From the NCBI GenBank assembly GCA_000004985.1, contig GG738923.1: a DNA stretch of 64,000 nt. One strand, given 5' to 3'. This stretch comes from Naegleria gruberi. Taxonomy: Eukaryota. A program made the position numbers and the translations under genes. Below, piece after piece: positions 44,866 to 56,048 of the stretch. The notes under the pieces were generated by a model that made no database searches, was not told the DNA's origin, and saw nothing but the letters and a program-made list of their open reading frames with translations. Each line of letters opens with the position of its first letter. Position 1 is the stretch's first letter.

Positions 44866-45758
44866 TTAGTAGTTGAGTTTTCCAATTGTTTTAATATCTA
44901 CATGGACACTTTCATCAGTGTCAATTCCAATTTCTTCCGTTAGATCTGCTAACTTCATCTCTGCTTTGTCTGCAAAACCGAGTAGCATAGTCATGGCCAA
45001 CTCTTTTCTCTTTCTCCATTCTTTCAGATACTTTTCAAGACCTGCAACAGCATCCTTCTTTTCTTGTGGAGATACTAATTTGATTGAACCATTCTCTAAT
45101 CTTTCTAATTTCTCACGCCTTCCCAAAAGATCTTTTCTTTCCTTTTCAATCATACCCTTCAATTCTTCTGTTGTTGGTGCCTTGTTCAACTTGTTGAGTT
45201 CGGCAGTAAGCTCTTGGTTAGAAATCTTGTATGATGATAACTCCTTTTGAATATCTCTGATTTCAATATCTATTTGTTTGAGTTCCTCCTTTGACAAGAC
45301 TTCGAGATCAGCCTGATTTCTGAACCACATCTTTTGCTTTCCATTTGCTTTCATCACCAACTCTCCTTCACCCTCCAATTTATCCAAACACTTGGTCACC
45401 ATAGCCTTTTTAATTTGACCTCCCATATTATCAATTACTTGTTGAAGACTGTAAGGTCTAAACATCATCATTAGAAATACATTATCGGAATATGAAAAAC
45501 TTACCTATTCTGATTCTTTAAATATTCATGGATCATTGACTTGGCTTCTGATTCATTCTTGATGGTTGGTTTGGCTCCCTTCTTTGCTGCTCCTTTTGTT
45601 GCAGTCTTCTTTGCAGGAGCCTTCTTGGTTGTTTCCTTCTTCTTTGTCTTTTTAGGCTTCTTTTCAGTCTCCTCTTCCTCTTGAGTTTCTTCCTTACTAC
45701 TTGTTTCGTCAGCAGACTCTTCCTCTGCTTCAGCTGCTCTCTTTCTCTTACCTGCCAT
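44866..45758 (-). CDS. PSMC3IP: HOP2 / PSMC3IP (TBPIP) meiotic homologous-pairing protein with a Lys-rich N-terminal extension. Two exons, 45505..45758 and 44866..45457; 47-nt intron GTAAGT...TGTTTAG.
   Basis: Exon 1 encodes MAGKRKRAAEAEEESADE...KPTIKNESEAKSMIHEYLKNQN(R). Exon 2 encodes (R)PYSLQQVIDNMGGQIKKAMVTKCLDKLEGEGELVMKANGKQKMWFRNQADLEVL...KEWRKRKELAMTMLLGFADKAEMKLADLTEEIGIDTDES. It matches HOP2 (YLQEQNRPYSSQDVFGNLQ; GKQKIYF; KEWRKRKRMA; EEVGIETDED). Phase 2 joins AG+A to give Arg. Confidence 0.8.
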
Positions 45759-45858
45759 TTGTCAAGTGTTTTGTTGTTTTTTTTGATTGTGTTTAAAACA
45801 CAGTGCTTCTATTAATAAGGTGAAAAAAGGCTTTGTGGAATACATTGTAAAGTCAAGC

Positions 45859-48119
45859 CTAAAAATCATCATCGCCAATTAACTCTTCTCTGTGTTTTGC
45901 CAATACCATTTCTGTTTGACGGAGTTTTTCTTGAGAATTGACAAGATTTTCTGTCAACTCTTGAATTTGAGCATCTTTCTTTGAGATGACTTGTTTGATA
46001 TTCTCCATCAAACCTTCCATCTCTGAATTCTTTTGTTCGGTCAACTCTTCAAGTTCAATCTTGTGATCTTCCTCGGCCTTCTTGAATGATTCTTCCAATT
46101 CTGCCTTTTCTTCAACAATATCATCTCTTTCCTTTGAGATTTGTTTAATCTTGGATTCCAAATCCTCACGAACACTCTTCATCGTGATAGACAAATCTTC
46201 CTCCTTCTTTGACATTTTCTTCTTTAATGTACTGAGATTGGATTCATCATCTTCAATTCTTTGCTCTAGTTCCTTGATTGTGTTATCCTTTTCCTTGAGT
46301 TTAGTCTCCAGTTGATTACTATTCTTGGCACTATTCATATACTTTTCTTTCCAATCATTGGATTCAGACTTGATTCTTGAAATTTCATTATCAGAGTCAT
46401 TTCTTGTCTTTTCAAGTCTCTTTTCATAATCTTTGATAATTTGTTGTTTGTTTTGATAGAACTCATCCTGTAACTTGGAAATAATCATTTCAACTTGGTC
46501 TTCCATTTGCTTGTTCATCTTCTCATATTGAGATTTTTGCTTTTCTCTTAATTCTTGTTGGCACTTTTGAGCATAATTATTTTGCCACTGCTCCTTTTCC
46601 AATTCCCATTTTGTTTTGAGTGTTGTTACATCCTCTGATTGTCTCTTTTCATAGTCCTTGTGTATCTTCTCAATTTCGAGTCTATGTTTTTCCTCGAGTT
46701 CTTTTTCTCTTGCTTTGACTTTTTCCAGATTGTCTTGATAGATTCTACGTTCTTCCATGAGAAGTTTTTCGGCCCTGTCTCTTTCATTCTTGATTTGAAT
46801 ATTATATCTTGATTCCAAATCATCCAATTCCTTTTGTCTTCTTTGTTTCTGAAGTTCAACTTCTGAAACGCTTTCATTCTTTGCTCTATCAAGAGAATAT
46901 TCAAATTCACGTTTAAACTTTTCTCTAAGCTCCTCCATTTTTGAGTCAGCTTGTTTCAATAGCTCAGCTTTTTGTCTTCTCATTTCATTTTGATAAAAAT
47001 CTTCAAGCTTTGCTTTTTCTTGCTTGTGTCCTAATAACATTTTCTGAATTTCTGGTTCCATATCCTTGATCATCGTTTCCTTAACTTTCTTTTCTTTATC
47101 AGCCATCCAGTTAGTTCTCCTAACCTTTTCAGCAGCTTCCCAATTTTCCTTAGATCGTTTCAGATCATTTTCATATCTTTCAGACAACATTTTAATCTTT
47201 AGTTCATACTTCTCATCAATTACCTTTGCCTCCTTTCCCAGTTCAGTACATTTGTTATTCAGAGTTTCCTTCTCCTTTAATAGTTTTTCAATTAATTTGA
47301 TTTGTTTGGCGAATGTTGTTTCAAATTCCTTTTGTTGTTGTTCCAAAATTTGCTTTTCGTGTTCCTTACTATTTCAAGATCAGGCTATTCTAAAAAAATA
47401 AATAATTGGAATACTTACAATTTCTTCTCCACACTATTGTAGGCATCCTTTAGCTTTGTTATTTTTTCTTCCAACAGTCCAATCTTTCTATCCTTTTCCT
47501 TAATTGTGGCCTTGAGTGTATTCATCTTATTCTTTACCCCATCGTAGAGTGAAGCTGCCGCAGCTGGTTATGTCAATAAGATAAAAATCCTGAAAGAAAA
47601 CATACCAGTTGGATTTGCTTTTTCATTTTCAATTCCTGAAATTGTTGATTCCTCATCGAAAGAACTATCTAAACTATATGGTCTCTGATTGGAAGCTGAT
47701 GAATTAATGGAAATGTATGAGTGAGAAGGAGATGGTGGAACAATGGAGAGAGGATTTGATGTTGTTGAATAACTCTTAACTTCGGGAATTACTGCTGGCT
47801 TATCGGCCTCTTCCAAGTATTTGAGAAAGTTATTTAATTTGTCATTCTTTTGTCCTCCACTAACGCTGTTATTACTACTCGTTGCTGATGTTGTAGAGGT
47901 TGTTGATGTGGTTCTTCTCGTTGATGAAGACGGCCTTCTTATTGTAGATTGAGACAAGGTCGATTTCACCTCATCGGTTTTCTTTGTAGACATTCTCTCC
48001 AGTGTTTTAAGTGTCTTCATAGAGAGTCCTGTTGATGCTGACAGATCCGAAGAAGAAGAAGGAGGAGACCTGTTCTTTCTACGTGATGATTCAAAATTAT
48101 CAGTTTCTTGTCCTATCAT
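45859..48119 (-). CDS. Large coiled-coil protein (~720 aa) with a Ser-rich N-terminal region. Three exons: 47606..48119, 47419..47563, 45859..47368; introns of 42 and 50 nt.
   Basis: Exon 1 (MIGQETDNFESSRRKNRSPPSSSS...IENEKANPTG) ends at GTATGT. Exon 2 (AAAASLYDGVKNKMNTLKATIKEKDRKIGLLEEKITKLKDAYNSVEKK) ends at GTAAGT. Exon 3 begins F KEHEKQILEQQQKEFETTF... and continues as a ~500-aa heptad-rich E/K/Q coiled coil. The track ORF starts (47346, 48176) are TTG. No specific family recognised. Confidence 0.6.
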
Positions 48120-48219
48120 TTTTTTCTGTTTAAATTTTGGCGGTAAAAAGAATTGAGGGATGATGTTCCCAGACAAAATTGTAACAAGAATTGATTTTTA
48201 ATTGTTTTTTGATGAATAA

Positions 48220-49290
48220 TTATTGATCGAATCGTTGAGTGTATGGTGTTTCAATACCAATCTTTTTAAGGGCATCAATTGGTAAGGCAAAGGTTGGATC
48301 AATAGTCTTTAAACCATACTTGTCTCCATAACCTAATAAACTCAAACCACCAATTCCAAAGAAGGTGTGGAATACATCAACCATATTATTTGGTCTATCA
48401 CTGATACCTCCCTTTTCAGTGTCTTGACAATTGCAAATGTAGTCATGTAATTTTTCAGCATTAATCCAATGAACACGATCCATAATTCCCAAAGCACTTA
48501 AAACCCACCACGAGTAACAGACATCTGAAAGTTTTTCTGGTCTACCATTGAGACCTCCATTTTCGCATTGTCTTTCACACAACCACCATGAAAGAGTATC
48601 ATGATCAAATCTATCCAATGCTTTGGCAATTGACAAGGCACCAACACAAGTAAAAATTTGTCCAGCATGTGATTCAGCTCCAGGACAAACACCAAATCCT
48701 CCATCAAAGTTTTGGCATGAAAGTACATAATCTACAGTTTTTTCTACATTGATATATTTCTTATTATTGATCTTGTCACCTCTATAATTTGAACAAGTTT
48801 CAAGAAGACCCAATAATGCTAAACAATTGAGTGCACAATAACTAAATCTTGTGTCAATTTCTCCCCATTTATCTCCTGAAAAACTACCATCTTCCTTTTG
48901 TAAAGATCCAATAAATTCACCAATTTTTTCAATTTGTTCAAGAGTTAAAAACTCTTCAATATTACTTGTCAAGAGAACCAATAATTGAACAGCTGATAAT
49001 GTATACAAAATATGAGCATCATGATTAGGAGCTCCAGCAAACCCACCAACATCAGCATGATAACTATCTCTAATAAATTGCAAAATATGTTCTCTATTCA
49101 TTTTCGATGATTCACTCATCAAATCCATACCTGTTAATCCCCAATACATTCCCGACATTCTCAAATGTTCCGTAACACAATACTCGAAGGTTGTTTGTTC
49201 CTTCTCCTCTAAATGTTGAATATAATCAATGTGTGCATGTTTGGCAAATTCTTGTACTGAAGATGATGGTGATGTTTGTTGTTGACTCAT
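48220..49290 (-). CDS. RABGGTB: Rab geranylgeranyltransferase (GGTase-II) beta subunit; single exon, 356 aa.
   Basis: Prenyltransferase alpha-alpha toroid repeats. It aligns strongly with RABGGTB: YCVTEHLRMSGMYWGLTGMDLM, ILYTLSAVQLL, LQKEDGSFSGDKWGEIDTRFSYCAL, LSCQNFDGGFGVCPGAESHAGQIFTCVGAL, WWLCERQCENGGLNGRPEKLSDVCYSWWVLSAL, GGISDRPNNMVDVFHTFFGIGGLSLLG. Confidence 0.85.
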   Translation of the reverse strand: MSQQQTSPSSSVQEFAKHAHIDYIQHLEEKEQTTFEYCVTEHLRMSGMYWGLTGMDLMSESSKMNREHILQFIRDSYHADVGGFAGAPNHDAHILYTLSAVQLLVLLTSNIEEFLTLEQIEKIGEFIGSLQKEDGSFSGDKWGEIDTRFSYCALNCLALLGLLETCSNYRGDKINNKKYINVEKTVDYVLSCQNFDGGFGVCPGAESHAGQIFTCVGALSIAKALDRFDHDTLSWWLCERQCENGGLNGRPEKLSDVCYSWWVLSALGIMDRVHWINAEKLHDYICNCQDTEKGGISDRPNNMVDVFHTFFGIGGLSLLGYGDKYGLKTIDPTFALPIDALKKIGIETPYTQRFDQ

Positions 49291-49481
49291 TTTTTGTTCT
49301 TATGATTTCATCAAAACCAAAATCTTGCTTATTGGTGGCAATTACCTCATCATCATACTTTACAATTTATTATTTATTAAATTATTAATGGTAAAACATG
49401 ATGAGAGAGAACTTTTAACTAGTAGTGTGCGGAACAAAAGTTCATGAACTATTGATAATAATCATAGAAGAAAAAAACAAA

Positions 49482-50442
49482 ATGTCGAGTCAGCCTAAAA
49501 GATTGAAATCTGTTGGATTAACAGGTATGTGTTATTATTGCTGATGTATTTATCATCTTCATCAACAACGTTATATTACGTAATAAAACAACACAGGAGG
49601 TATTTGCTCTGGAAAGAGTACTGTCGTATCCTATCTGGGCGAACTCATCAAGGAATATGAACAATTACACTCACAATCACCATCAGAGCACCACAAGATA
49701 TTCTTCCATGTTATTCCTACTGATGAATTGGGTTGGAAAGCCTATAGTGTTGGCACTGAATGTTATAAACAGGTTGTTGAGGTTTTTACTCCTCTAGTGA
49801 AGCAAATTGTAGGAGAGGAGGCTTCTCTTCTGGATGAACAACAACAAATTAATAGAAGAATGTTAGGTAATTATATTATATAATCTATTCTCACCTCTGT
49901 ATACATGATCAAAATAATTATTTTAATAATTTAATAATTATTAATTTAATATTGGATTATTGAATAATGATTAATAACAACAAATAGGGAGGGTAGTATT
50001 TGGAAATTCGGAATTGATGAAGAAACTCACAGATATTGTATGGCCAGAAGTTAAACGATTAATCAATGTGGAAATCTCCAAGGCTGAACAAGAAGCCATC
50101 AATGAGAAGGTTGTCTGCCTAATTGAATCAGCAGTTCTAGTCGATGCTGAATGGCAACAAGGAATTGATAAAGTTTGGGTCATTGATGTGAGTAATACAG
50201 AGGAGAGAATTCAAAGACTCTGCAGTAGAAATCAATTGACCATTGAGGAAGCAAAACAAAGAATCAATTCACAAGCAATTGCATCTGTTGTGCTTGAAAA
50301 ATTAGCTCACTATAATGATAATGTCATTCCACATAATCCAATTGAAGTGACCTACTTGGATACTCATAATTTAACATTGGATCAGGTGAAGGAAAAGACT
50401 AGAGAAATGTTTTATTCACAAATTGTTGGAGATTGGAAATAG
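49482..50442 (+). CDS. Dephospho-CoA kinase (CoaE / COASY DPCK domain). Three exons: 49482..49524, 49597..49866, 49988..50442; introns of 72 and 121 nt.
   Basis: Exon 1 MSSQPKRLKSVGLT(G) is followed by GTATGT. Exon 2 GGICSGKSTVVSYL... gives the DPCK P-loop GLTGGIxSGKST, followed by GTAATT. Exon 3 RVVFGNSELMKKLTDIVWPEVKRLI...VWVIDVSNTEERIQRLCSRNQLTIEEAKQRINSQ matches the DPCK lid and C-terminal region. It is divergently arranged with RABGGTB, sharing a ~190-bp intergenic region. Confidence 0.8.
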
Positions 50443-50563
50443 TTTAATTAGACGGTAGCTACCAAATCCAATAACATGAAATATCAAAAGGATTCGGTAG
50501 CCATACCTATTAGACAGATGACTTGATCAACACTTTTCCAGTTTCGAATAAAAAGTGAAAAAA

Positions 50564-52993
50564 ATGTCATACTTTTCCTCTCGTTCCAATGTATTGAGTG
50601 GAAGTGAAGATCTTTCTCTCTTGAGTTCCCGTCAAGTCCCTTCAAAAGAAGAATCCGATTCTGACCATTTAGTTGATTTGAAACATTCTCTCAAGGATTT
50701 ATCTTCTTTTGCATTATACGAAAGGATTGAACAACAACATTTAAAGCATTCTGATTTGTTTAAATTATATTGTCAGAGTATTGCTCCAAATTCGATACCT
50801 CCTTTAACTGTTTCTAACACTAGTAATTCATCATCATCAACAACACCATTACTTGTTCACTCTCGTTCCGAGAATAGTTTACTTTCGAATTCTTCATCCA
50901 ACAATGTATACAAATCACTATTAGAAATGGTAAACTCCAATGATATTCTCTTTTCCATTGTTATTTGGATTGCCACTCAAATCCCACTCAGTCAAAGATA
51001 TTCGAAAAGTTTAAAAAAGAATTTTGACAAAGTTTTCACATGCAAGACTTTTATTTCTCTCTTAACTTCACAACTTCACAAACAACAAATGCTCTACTTT
51101 CCAAGTATAAACTATGCTGGAATTAAGAGTCATATGGATATTGTTGAGAAAATCAATTCACTCTACAAGATATTTAATCCATCGAATCAACTGCAGCAAC
51201 AATCAGTACTTTCGTATAATGATGAATCATTCTCTTTTAAACAAGCTTGGTCAAAGGTTCAGGCTGAAACTTTTGGTCAATTTCTATTAGAAATTGGAAT
51301 TATTCAAAATATTAAGCCAGAGAAGAAGAGAAAATTTGCAGAGAGGTCTCACTATTACATGTTTAGTATAGAAACCATCTTGTACTATGCTGAATTGTTT
51401 TTTGAAGATAAGGTTTCAAGTCAACAACAACAAAATGTTCTCAATCAATTCAGAAATCCAAGTTTTAATGATAGTGGCTTTACTGCATTTTCACAAAATG
51501 TAAATTCTCCATTCTTGTCCAATATTTCAGCTGCCTCAATGCATTTGGTTTCAATTGGACAAAATTTACAAAAGAGTTCCTTATTGAATTTGATTGTTTC
51601 TCAGGAGAGAGAATTTGAAATGATTCAGGGTCATATTAAGAAAACTCATGAAGAAATTGCTCAAGAGTCTAATTCTAGTGGCTCATCATTGGATGTTACT
51701 TCTCCGAGAAGTGGAGAATCACCATCACAACTCAGTGATGCCACAAGTAGTGCATTCTCATTGGTATTTAGACAGGACCATCAACGATCCAAATCGAGAG
51801 ATTTTGCCAGAACTGCACCAAAAGTTAATCACCACAGAATGAGCACCAATTTAAGTTTAAATACTGATCAGATTTGGAATCAACCAAAAGATTTGGAACT
51901 CAAAGAGGTCATTAGAGGAAAGAATCAACACTTATTCGAAACTCCAACCTTGTCACCTCGTTCTAGATTTTACGAAGAAAATGGAATCAAGGCCAAGATT
52001 CAATCCGTTCAACAAGCTCTCAATAATCCAACTATCAATGAGGAATTCACACAATATTGCACCAAGGATCATTCAGAGGAAAATATTCTTTTCTGGAAGG
52101 AAATTCAATCCTATAAAAGGATCCAATCTCCAAGTGAAAGAAAGCTAAAATTCAAAGAATTGGTTTCTCAATTTGTGTCAAGCAATTCTCCACATTCTAC
52201 TCCAGTCAATTTAGAATCAAAGATTGTAACAAGCTTTTTAACACTTGCTGAGGAAAATGAGGAAAATATTTCATTCTTTTCCACTGAAGTTTTCAATGAA
52301 TTGGAATGGTTGGTCGTCAATAATTTGAAAGACACCTTTACAAGATTCAACGATGAAAGAAATAAGGAAATAGATTCTCAAATTGATGAATTACAACAAA
52401 ATCTCAGACTTGAAGCAATCAAGAAGGAGCAACACTCAAAGAGTTTCCTCTCCCAAGTAGCCAGTGCCATTGGTCGTAAGAAGACAAACAGTACATCAAC
52501 AAATAATGCACACAACAATCTCATAATACCACCTCCAAAGCTACAAGTTGCAGTTGAGGAAAACAAGAAGGAAATGGAAAGAGTACCAGCGCATGAGTAT
52601 TGCACTCTTGAGGCTGTTCTTTGCAGTCCCAATGCCAGAAAACAATTTAGAATATTCTGTAAGAAGGAGCATGCTGAGGAGTACATTTTGTTCTTGGATT
52701 CCGTTGATGAGTACAAGACATTTACAGGAAAACTCGACAGATGCAAGAAGGCACACGAAATTTTCAATATATTTATTGAGCTACCAACTTCTGGATCATT
52801 CCTACATGAAGAGGATGTTCGTACTCTCGACTGTACAAAAGATGAAAGAGAAACCATACGTAAAAAGTTAGATAGTGGTGAATTGGAAATGTTTGATGCT
52901 GTAGTAATCAGTATTCAAAATCAAATGTTGGATGTTTACAATCGTTTTGCAACAGCTCAAATGGAATGGAAAGCAAAGAAAATGCTAATGTAA
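50564..52993 (+). CDS. Regulator of G-protein signalling protein with two tandem RGS domains (~810 aa, single exon).
   Basis: First ATG at 50564; the track start at 50555 is GTG. RGS domain 1: FTQYCTKDHSEENILFWKEIQSYKRIQSPSERKLKFKELVSQFVSSNSPHS...VNL. RGS domain 2: FRIFCKKEHAEEYILFLDSVDEYKTF...AHEIFNIFIELPTSGSF...DVYNRF. The N-terminal half is low complexity. Confidence 0.7.
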   Translation: MSYFSSRSNVLSGSEDLSLLSSRQVPSKEESDSDHLVDLKHSLKDLSSFALYERIEQQHLKHSDLFKLYCQSIAPNSIPPLTVSNTSNSSSSTTPLLVHSRSENSLLSNSSSNNVYKSLLEMVNSNDILFSIVIWIATQIPLSQRYSKSLKKNFDKVFTCKTFISLLTSQLHKQQMLYFPSINYAGIKSHMDIVEKINSLYKIFNPSNQLQQQSVLSYNDESFSFKQAWSKVQAETFGQFLLEIGIIQNIKPEKKRKFAERSHYYMFSIETILYYAELFFEDKVSSQQQQNVLNQFRNPSFNDSGFTAFSQNVNSPFLSNISAASMHLVSIGQNLQKSSLLNLIVSQEREFEMIQGHIKKTHEEIAQESNSSGSSLDVTSPRSGESPSQLSDATSSAFSLVFRQDHQRSKSRDFARTAPKVNHHRMSTNLSLNTDQIWNQPKDLELKEVIRGKNQHLFETPTLSPRSRFYEENGIKAKIQSVQQALNNPTINEEFTQYCTKDHSEENILFWKEIQSYKRIQSPSERKLKFKELVSQFVSSNSPHSTPVNLESKIVTSFLTLAEENEENISFFSTEVFNELEWLVVNNLKDTFTRFNDERNKEIDSQIDELQQNLRLEAIKKEQHSKSFLSQVASAIGRKKTNSTSTNNAHNNLIIPPPKLQVAVEENKKEMERVPAHEYCTLEAVLCSPNARKQFRIFCKKEHAEEYILFLDSVDEYKTFTGKLDRCKKAHEIFNIFIELPTSGSFLHEEDVRTLDCTKDERETIRKKLDSGELEMFDAVVISIQNQMLDVYNRFATAQMEWKAKKMLM

Positions 52994-53149
52994 AATGTTC
53001 AATATTTTCATCAATCAATGTAAAATAAATAATTTCTTTAAATCCAAGTCCATACAATATTTACATGTTTTATAGCCAACAAGTTCGAAATCATTTGTTA
53101 GAAATTTTGGTTCCAAAGACACATTGTAATGAGATAAGGAAATAGTAAA

Positions 53150-54766
53150 TTAATTTGAATGCAATCTTTCCAAACTTGGAATATTTCTTCTGATGATGTA
53201 CTTAATGGTCATGTCTTCTTCCTCTTCCTCTTCTTCATCTTGAATCCATTCTTTACCAAGAGATGTATCACTAAAAACGAGGTCTGGGTTTTCAGTCAAA
53301 TCCAAAACTCTTAACTTTTTTAGTTGACTTTCCTTTGAAGCAAGCAAAATAGAAAACTCGTTAGCGATATTACAATGGCGCAACCATAAATGCTCCAAAT
53401 TGGACAAGAATGGGCTTTTGATAAGTGTACCCAATCCAATATCACCCATTTGGTGGGAAAACAGCTTTAGGATTTTGAGATTTTTCATATTGGAACAATT
53501 AAAATACTGATAGCTCATAGATTGGTCTCGGCCCGCCAACTCTAGCTCTGTAAGATTGTTCAATCTATTGGTAATGTATTTTGTAGACTCTATTGAGAGA
53601 TTATCAACTCCATATAACAGCAAAGATGATAATTTGGTAAATGAGGATGTAATTAGATCTATAGAGTGATCTGTAAGTTTTTCGTTATATGAAATATCCA
53701 GCCTTTTCAATGTCTTTCCAAATTCTCCTCCACATAAAATCTGTATTTCTAGATCAGTTAGTCCACTATCAGGCATTGCTAAAGTCTCTAGTTTACTCAA
53801 TTGGTGCAACTGATCTATATTGATAACTGTTGCTCCCTCAAACTCTAATATTTTCAAATTAGAAAACTTGGGATGCTTGAAATAATTTCCACTCATATCA
53901 ACATAACAAGAATGTGTAATTAATTCCACAATGTTAGAAATATGTTGACAATTTGCCAATTCTTCCATTATTGATACGTCACAAACGTCAGAAATATACA
54001 GCTTGGATAAATTTTTCATATTTTCGTTTTGGAGAAGTTGTTTAAAACTACCTTCCTCAATATTACAATGTTTCATCTGAAGACAAGTTAAACTTTCCAT
54101 TCTAGAAATAGCCTTGCAAGGATCTCTAATACCATTCAATTTGATTGTTTTCATATTTTTTCTCAAAATTTCATTATTAGCTATCGGATAAAGGTTTTCA
54201 ATACTTGAATTGAATTCCAAGTTCAATTCAATCAAATTGCACATGAATTTCTCATCAATTAGTCCACAAAATTCACAAATATTTTCATCTGATAAATGAT
54301 TGGAACTCAAATCAAGACTGGTCAAGTTGGGAAATAAGGAAATGTCTGTATTGGACTCTTTCAGTTCCCTGAAAACCTCAATTCCATCTCCTAAACAGCA
54401 TCTAGAGAATGTTAAACATTTCAATCTATCCTTCAATACTTGACTTTCAAAAATTGATTCTAAATACTCTTTACCTTCATCATTACTTGCAGTAATTTCA
54501 ACAAATTCCAACGAATAATCCAAGAGTTCAGAAGCATGCCACCAATCCACAGAAATTAAACGAGCCACCGATAATACAAACTGACTATCCAAATATTCGC
54601 AAATATTAAAACATAAATCCTTGGAAAATACAGATATTAGCCTTCCGAGTGATTTTCTTTTCTTATTTGATGATGATCCGTTAATATTGCCATCATGATC
54701 AGAATCACTATTATCATCATCATCGGAATGGGTGTGAGCATCAATCTGTTCTACTTGTCTTTTCAT
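53150..54766 (-). CDS. Leucine-rich-repeat protein with an F-box-like N-terminal region (538 aa, single exon).
   Basis: ATG at 54764-54766. After an acidic His/Asp/Ser-rich leader comes RLISVFSKDLCFNICEYLDSQFVLSVARLISVDWW (F-box-like). Multiple LRRs follow (LTSLDLSSNHLSDENI, LIELNLEFNSSIENL, LTELELAG, LKILKLFSHQMGDIG, LEHLWLRHCNI, LRVLDLTENPDLV). Confidence 0.6.
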   Translation of the reverse strand: MKRQVEQIDAHTHSDDDDNSDSDHDGNINGSSSNKKRKSLGRLISVFSKDLCFNICEYLDSQFVLSVARLISVDWWHASELLDYSLEFVEITASNDEGKEYLESIFESQVLKDRLKCLTFSRCCLGDGIEVFRELKESNTDISLFPNLTSLDLSSNHLSDENICEFCGLIDEKFMCNLIELNLEFNSSIENLYPIANNEILRKNMKTIKLNGIRDPCKAISRMESLTCLQMKHCNIEEGSFKQLLQNENMKNLSKLYISDVCDVSIMEELANCQHISNIVELITHSCYVDMSGNYFKHPKFSNLKILEFEGATVINIDQLHQLSKLETLAMPDSGLTDLEIQILCGGEFGKTLKRLDISYNEKLTDHSIDLITSSFTKLSSLLLYGVDNLSIESTKYITNRLNNLTELELAGRDQSMSYQYFNCSNMKNLKILKLFSHQMGDIGLGTLIKSPFLSNLEHLWLRHCNIANEFSILLASKESQLKKLRVLDLTENPDLVFSDTSLGKEWIQDEEEEEEEDMTIKYIIRRNIPSLERLHSN

Positions 54767-54869
54767 TTTTTTTTGTAATCAACAAAGTTATTTTTACTCA
54801 TATTAAATTATTAATTTATTAAATATTTATTCCATTTGAAATAAAAGAAAGTTTTAAATGTGTATTATT

Positions 54870-56048
54870 TTAAATATTTGAAATATCTGGTAGAGCACTC
54901 CATGCACTACTTTCAATTCCACATTCATCAGCACCTCTCAACATCCAAAACATTCCATTCTTTTAAAAGATATTGATATTATCTAATTGACATGGAAATA
55001 GATGAAAAACTTACATTTCCCCAATCCGTTCCAAACTCAAATACACAAATCCCTTTAAAGTGTTAATTATTTAACATGATGAAATATTGTAAACTTACAA
55101 TATGGAGTTTGGTCTTCAGCAACTCCCCAACCAATTATTTTAGTGGATGAAAAAGATCCAATATCTTGATCCAAATGTTGATAAACTCCACTCTTGTAAT
55201 TATATAAATCACTTGTGTCAAAGTTTCATTCACACTTTTTGTAAACTCAAATGTACTTACAAATACATCTTGAATCCTGCAGTAATTGAACCATATTTCA
55301 TAATGTCCCTTTGCATGTCTGTGATAATATCCAATGAACCAACACTTCCCTTCTTTATCTTGTATCTTTTCAATGGAGATCCATCTTTACATTGGGTTGA
55401 ACAAGAATCAAACACTTCACCACCTCCACTGCTATATGGAATACATTCCTCAGTAGTTGTTCCATTTCCTTCCAAATAGCTAAAAATATTAGATTCTACT
55501 GCACCTTGACAACCTTGTCTGTCTCTGTCACATTCCAACATGTATTGAGATGAGAGGAGTTTCTTGAATTTTCCACCAGTTGCAATGCAAAATCTATCAG
55601 AAATGGAATCAACAATTGTGAATGTGCCAACTGCGCTGCAACTCATAATATTGTTGGCTGGGAATACACACCCAGGCCATTTCTCTCTCACATCAAATGT
55701 TAATGGAATATCATCATTGTTTTCTTGATGATACACATGTCTCTTTCCAATTCTGGAGGTAAATGATGAAGGAGAATTTGCTAATGAATCATCAATTTGA
55801 GGAAGATTCTTCACAAAATCCTTCCACTCTTGTGTTTCAAACTTTTCATATCGTGTGGCTTTCCATTTTGAATTCGGATTGGAATTAATCTTATCGATTT
55901 TATCCTGGCTCATTTGGAAACCATTTGTTAAGATTACAAAATTTGTGGACATGATGATCATGGTAGAGAGTAAGACCACTACAAGGAAGGCAATGGATGA
56001 TGAAGACCTTCTTGCAGTTAATTGATTGCCTGTTACTAGATGTTTCAT
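54870..56048 (-). CDS. Cathepsin B-like (papain family C1A) homologue that is predicted non-catalytic. It has an N-terminal signal-anchor and four exons: 55261..56048, 55099..55211, 55015..55052, 54870..54959; introns of 49, 46 and 55 nt, all GTAAGT donors.
   Basis: It aligns with cathepsin B: FDVREKWPGC...SCSAVGTFTIVDSISDRFCIATG vs FDAREQWPQC...[23 protein letters not shown] (the catalytic Cys position is Val); DIMKYGSITAGFKMY / DLYNYKSGVYQH / GSFSSTKIIGWGVAEDQTPYW vs DIMAEIYKNGPVEGAFSVY / DFLLYKSGVYQH / GGHAIRILGWGVENGTPYW (the catalytic His position is Ser); ...NGMFWMLRGADECGIESSAWSALP vs [25 protein letters not shown]. The N-terminus MKHLVTGNQLTARRSSSSIAFLVVVLLSTMIIMSTNFVIL is a TM anchor. 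Confidence 0.7.

Noticed and set aside
46626-46910. 94-aa minus-strand ORF in another frame within the coiled-coil gene's last exon
   Set aside because: It is a frame artefact of AAG/GAA-rich coiled-coil coding sequence.
52378-52857. 159-aa minus-strand ORF and neighbouring small ORFs within the RGS gene
   Set aside because: Antisense to an uninterrupted 810-aa ORF with two clear RGS domains.
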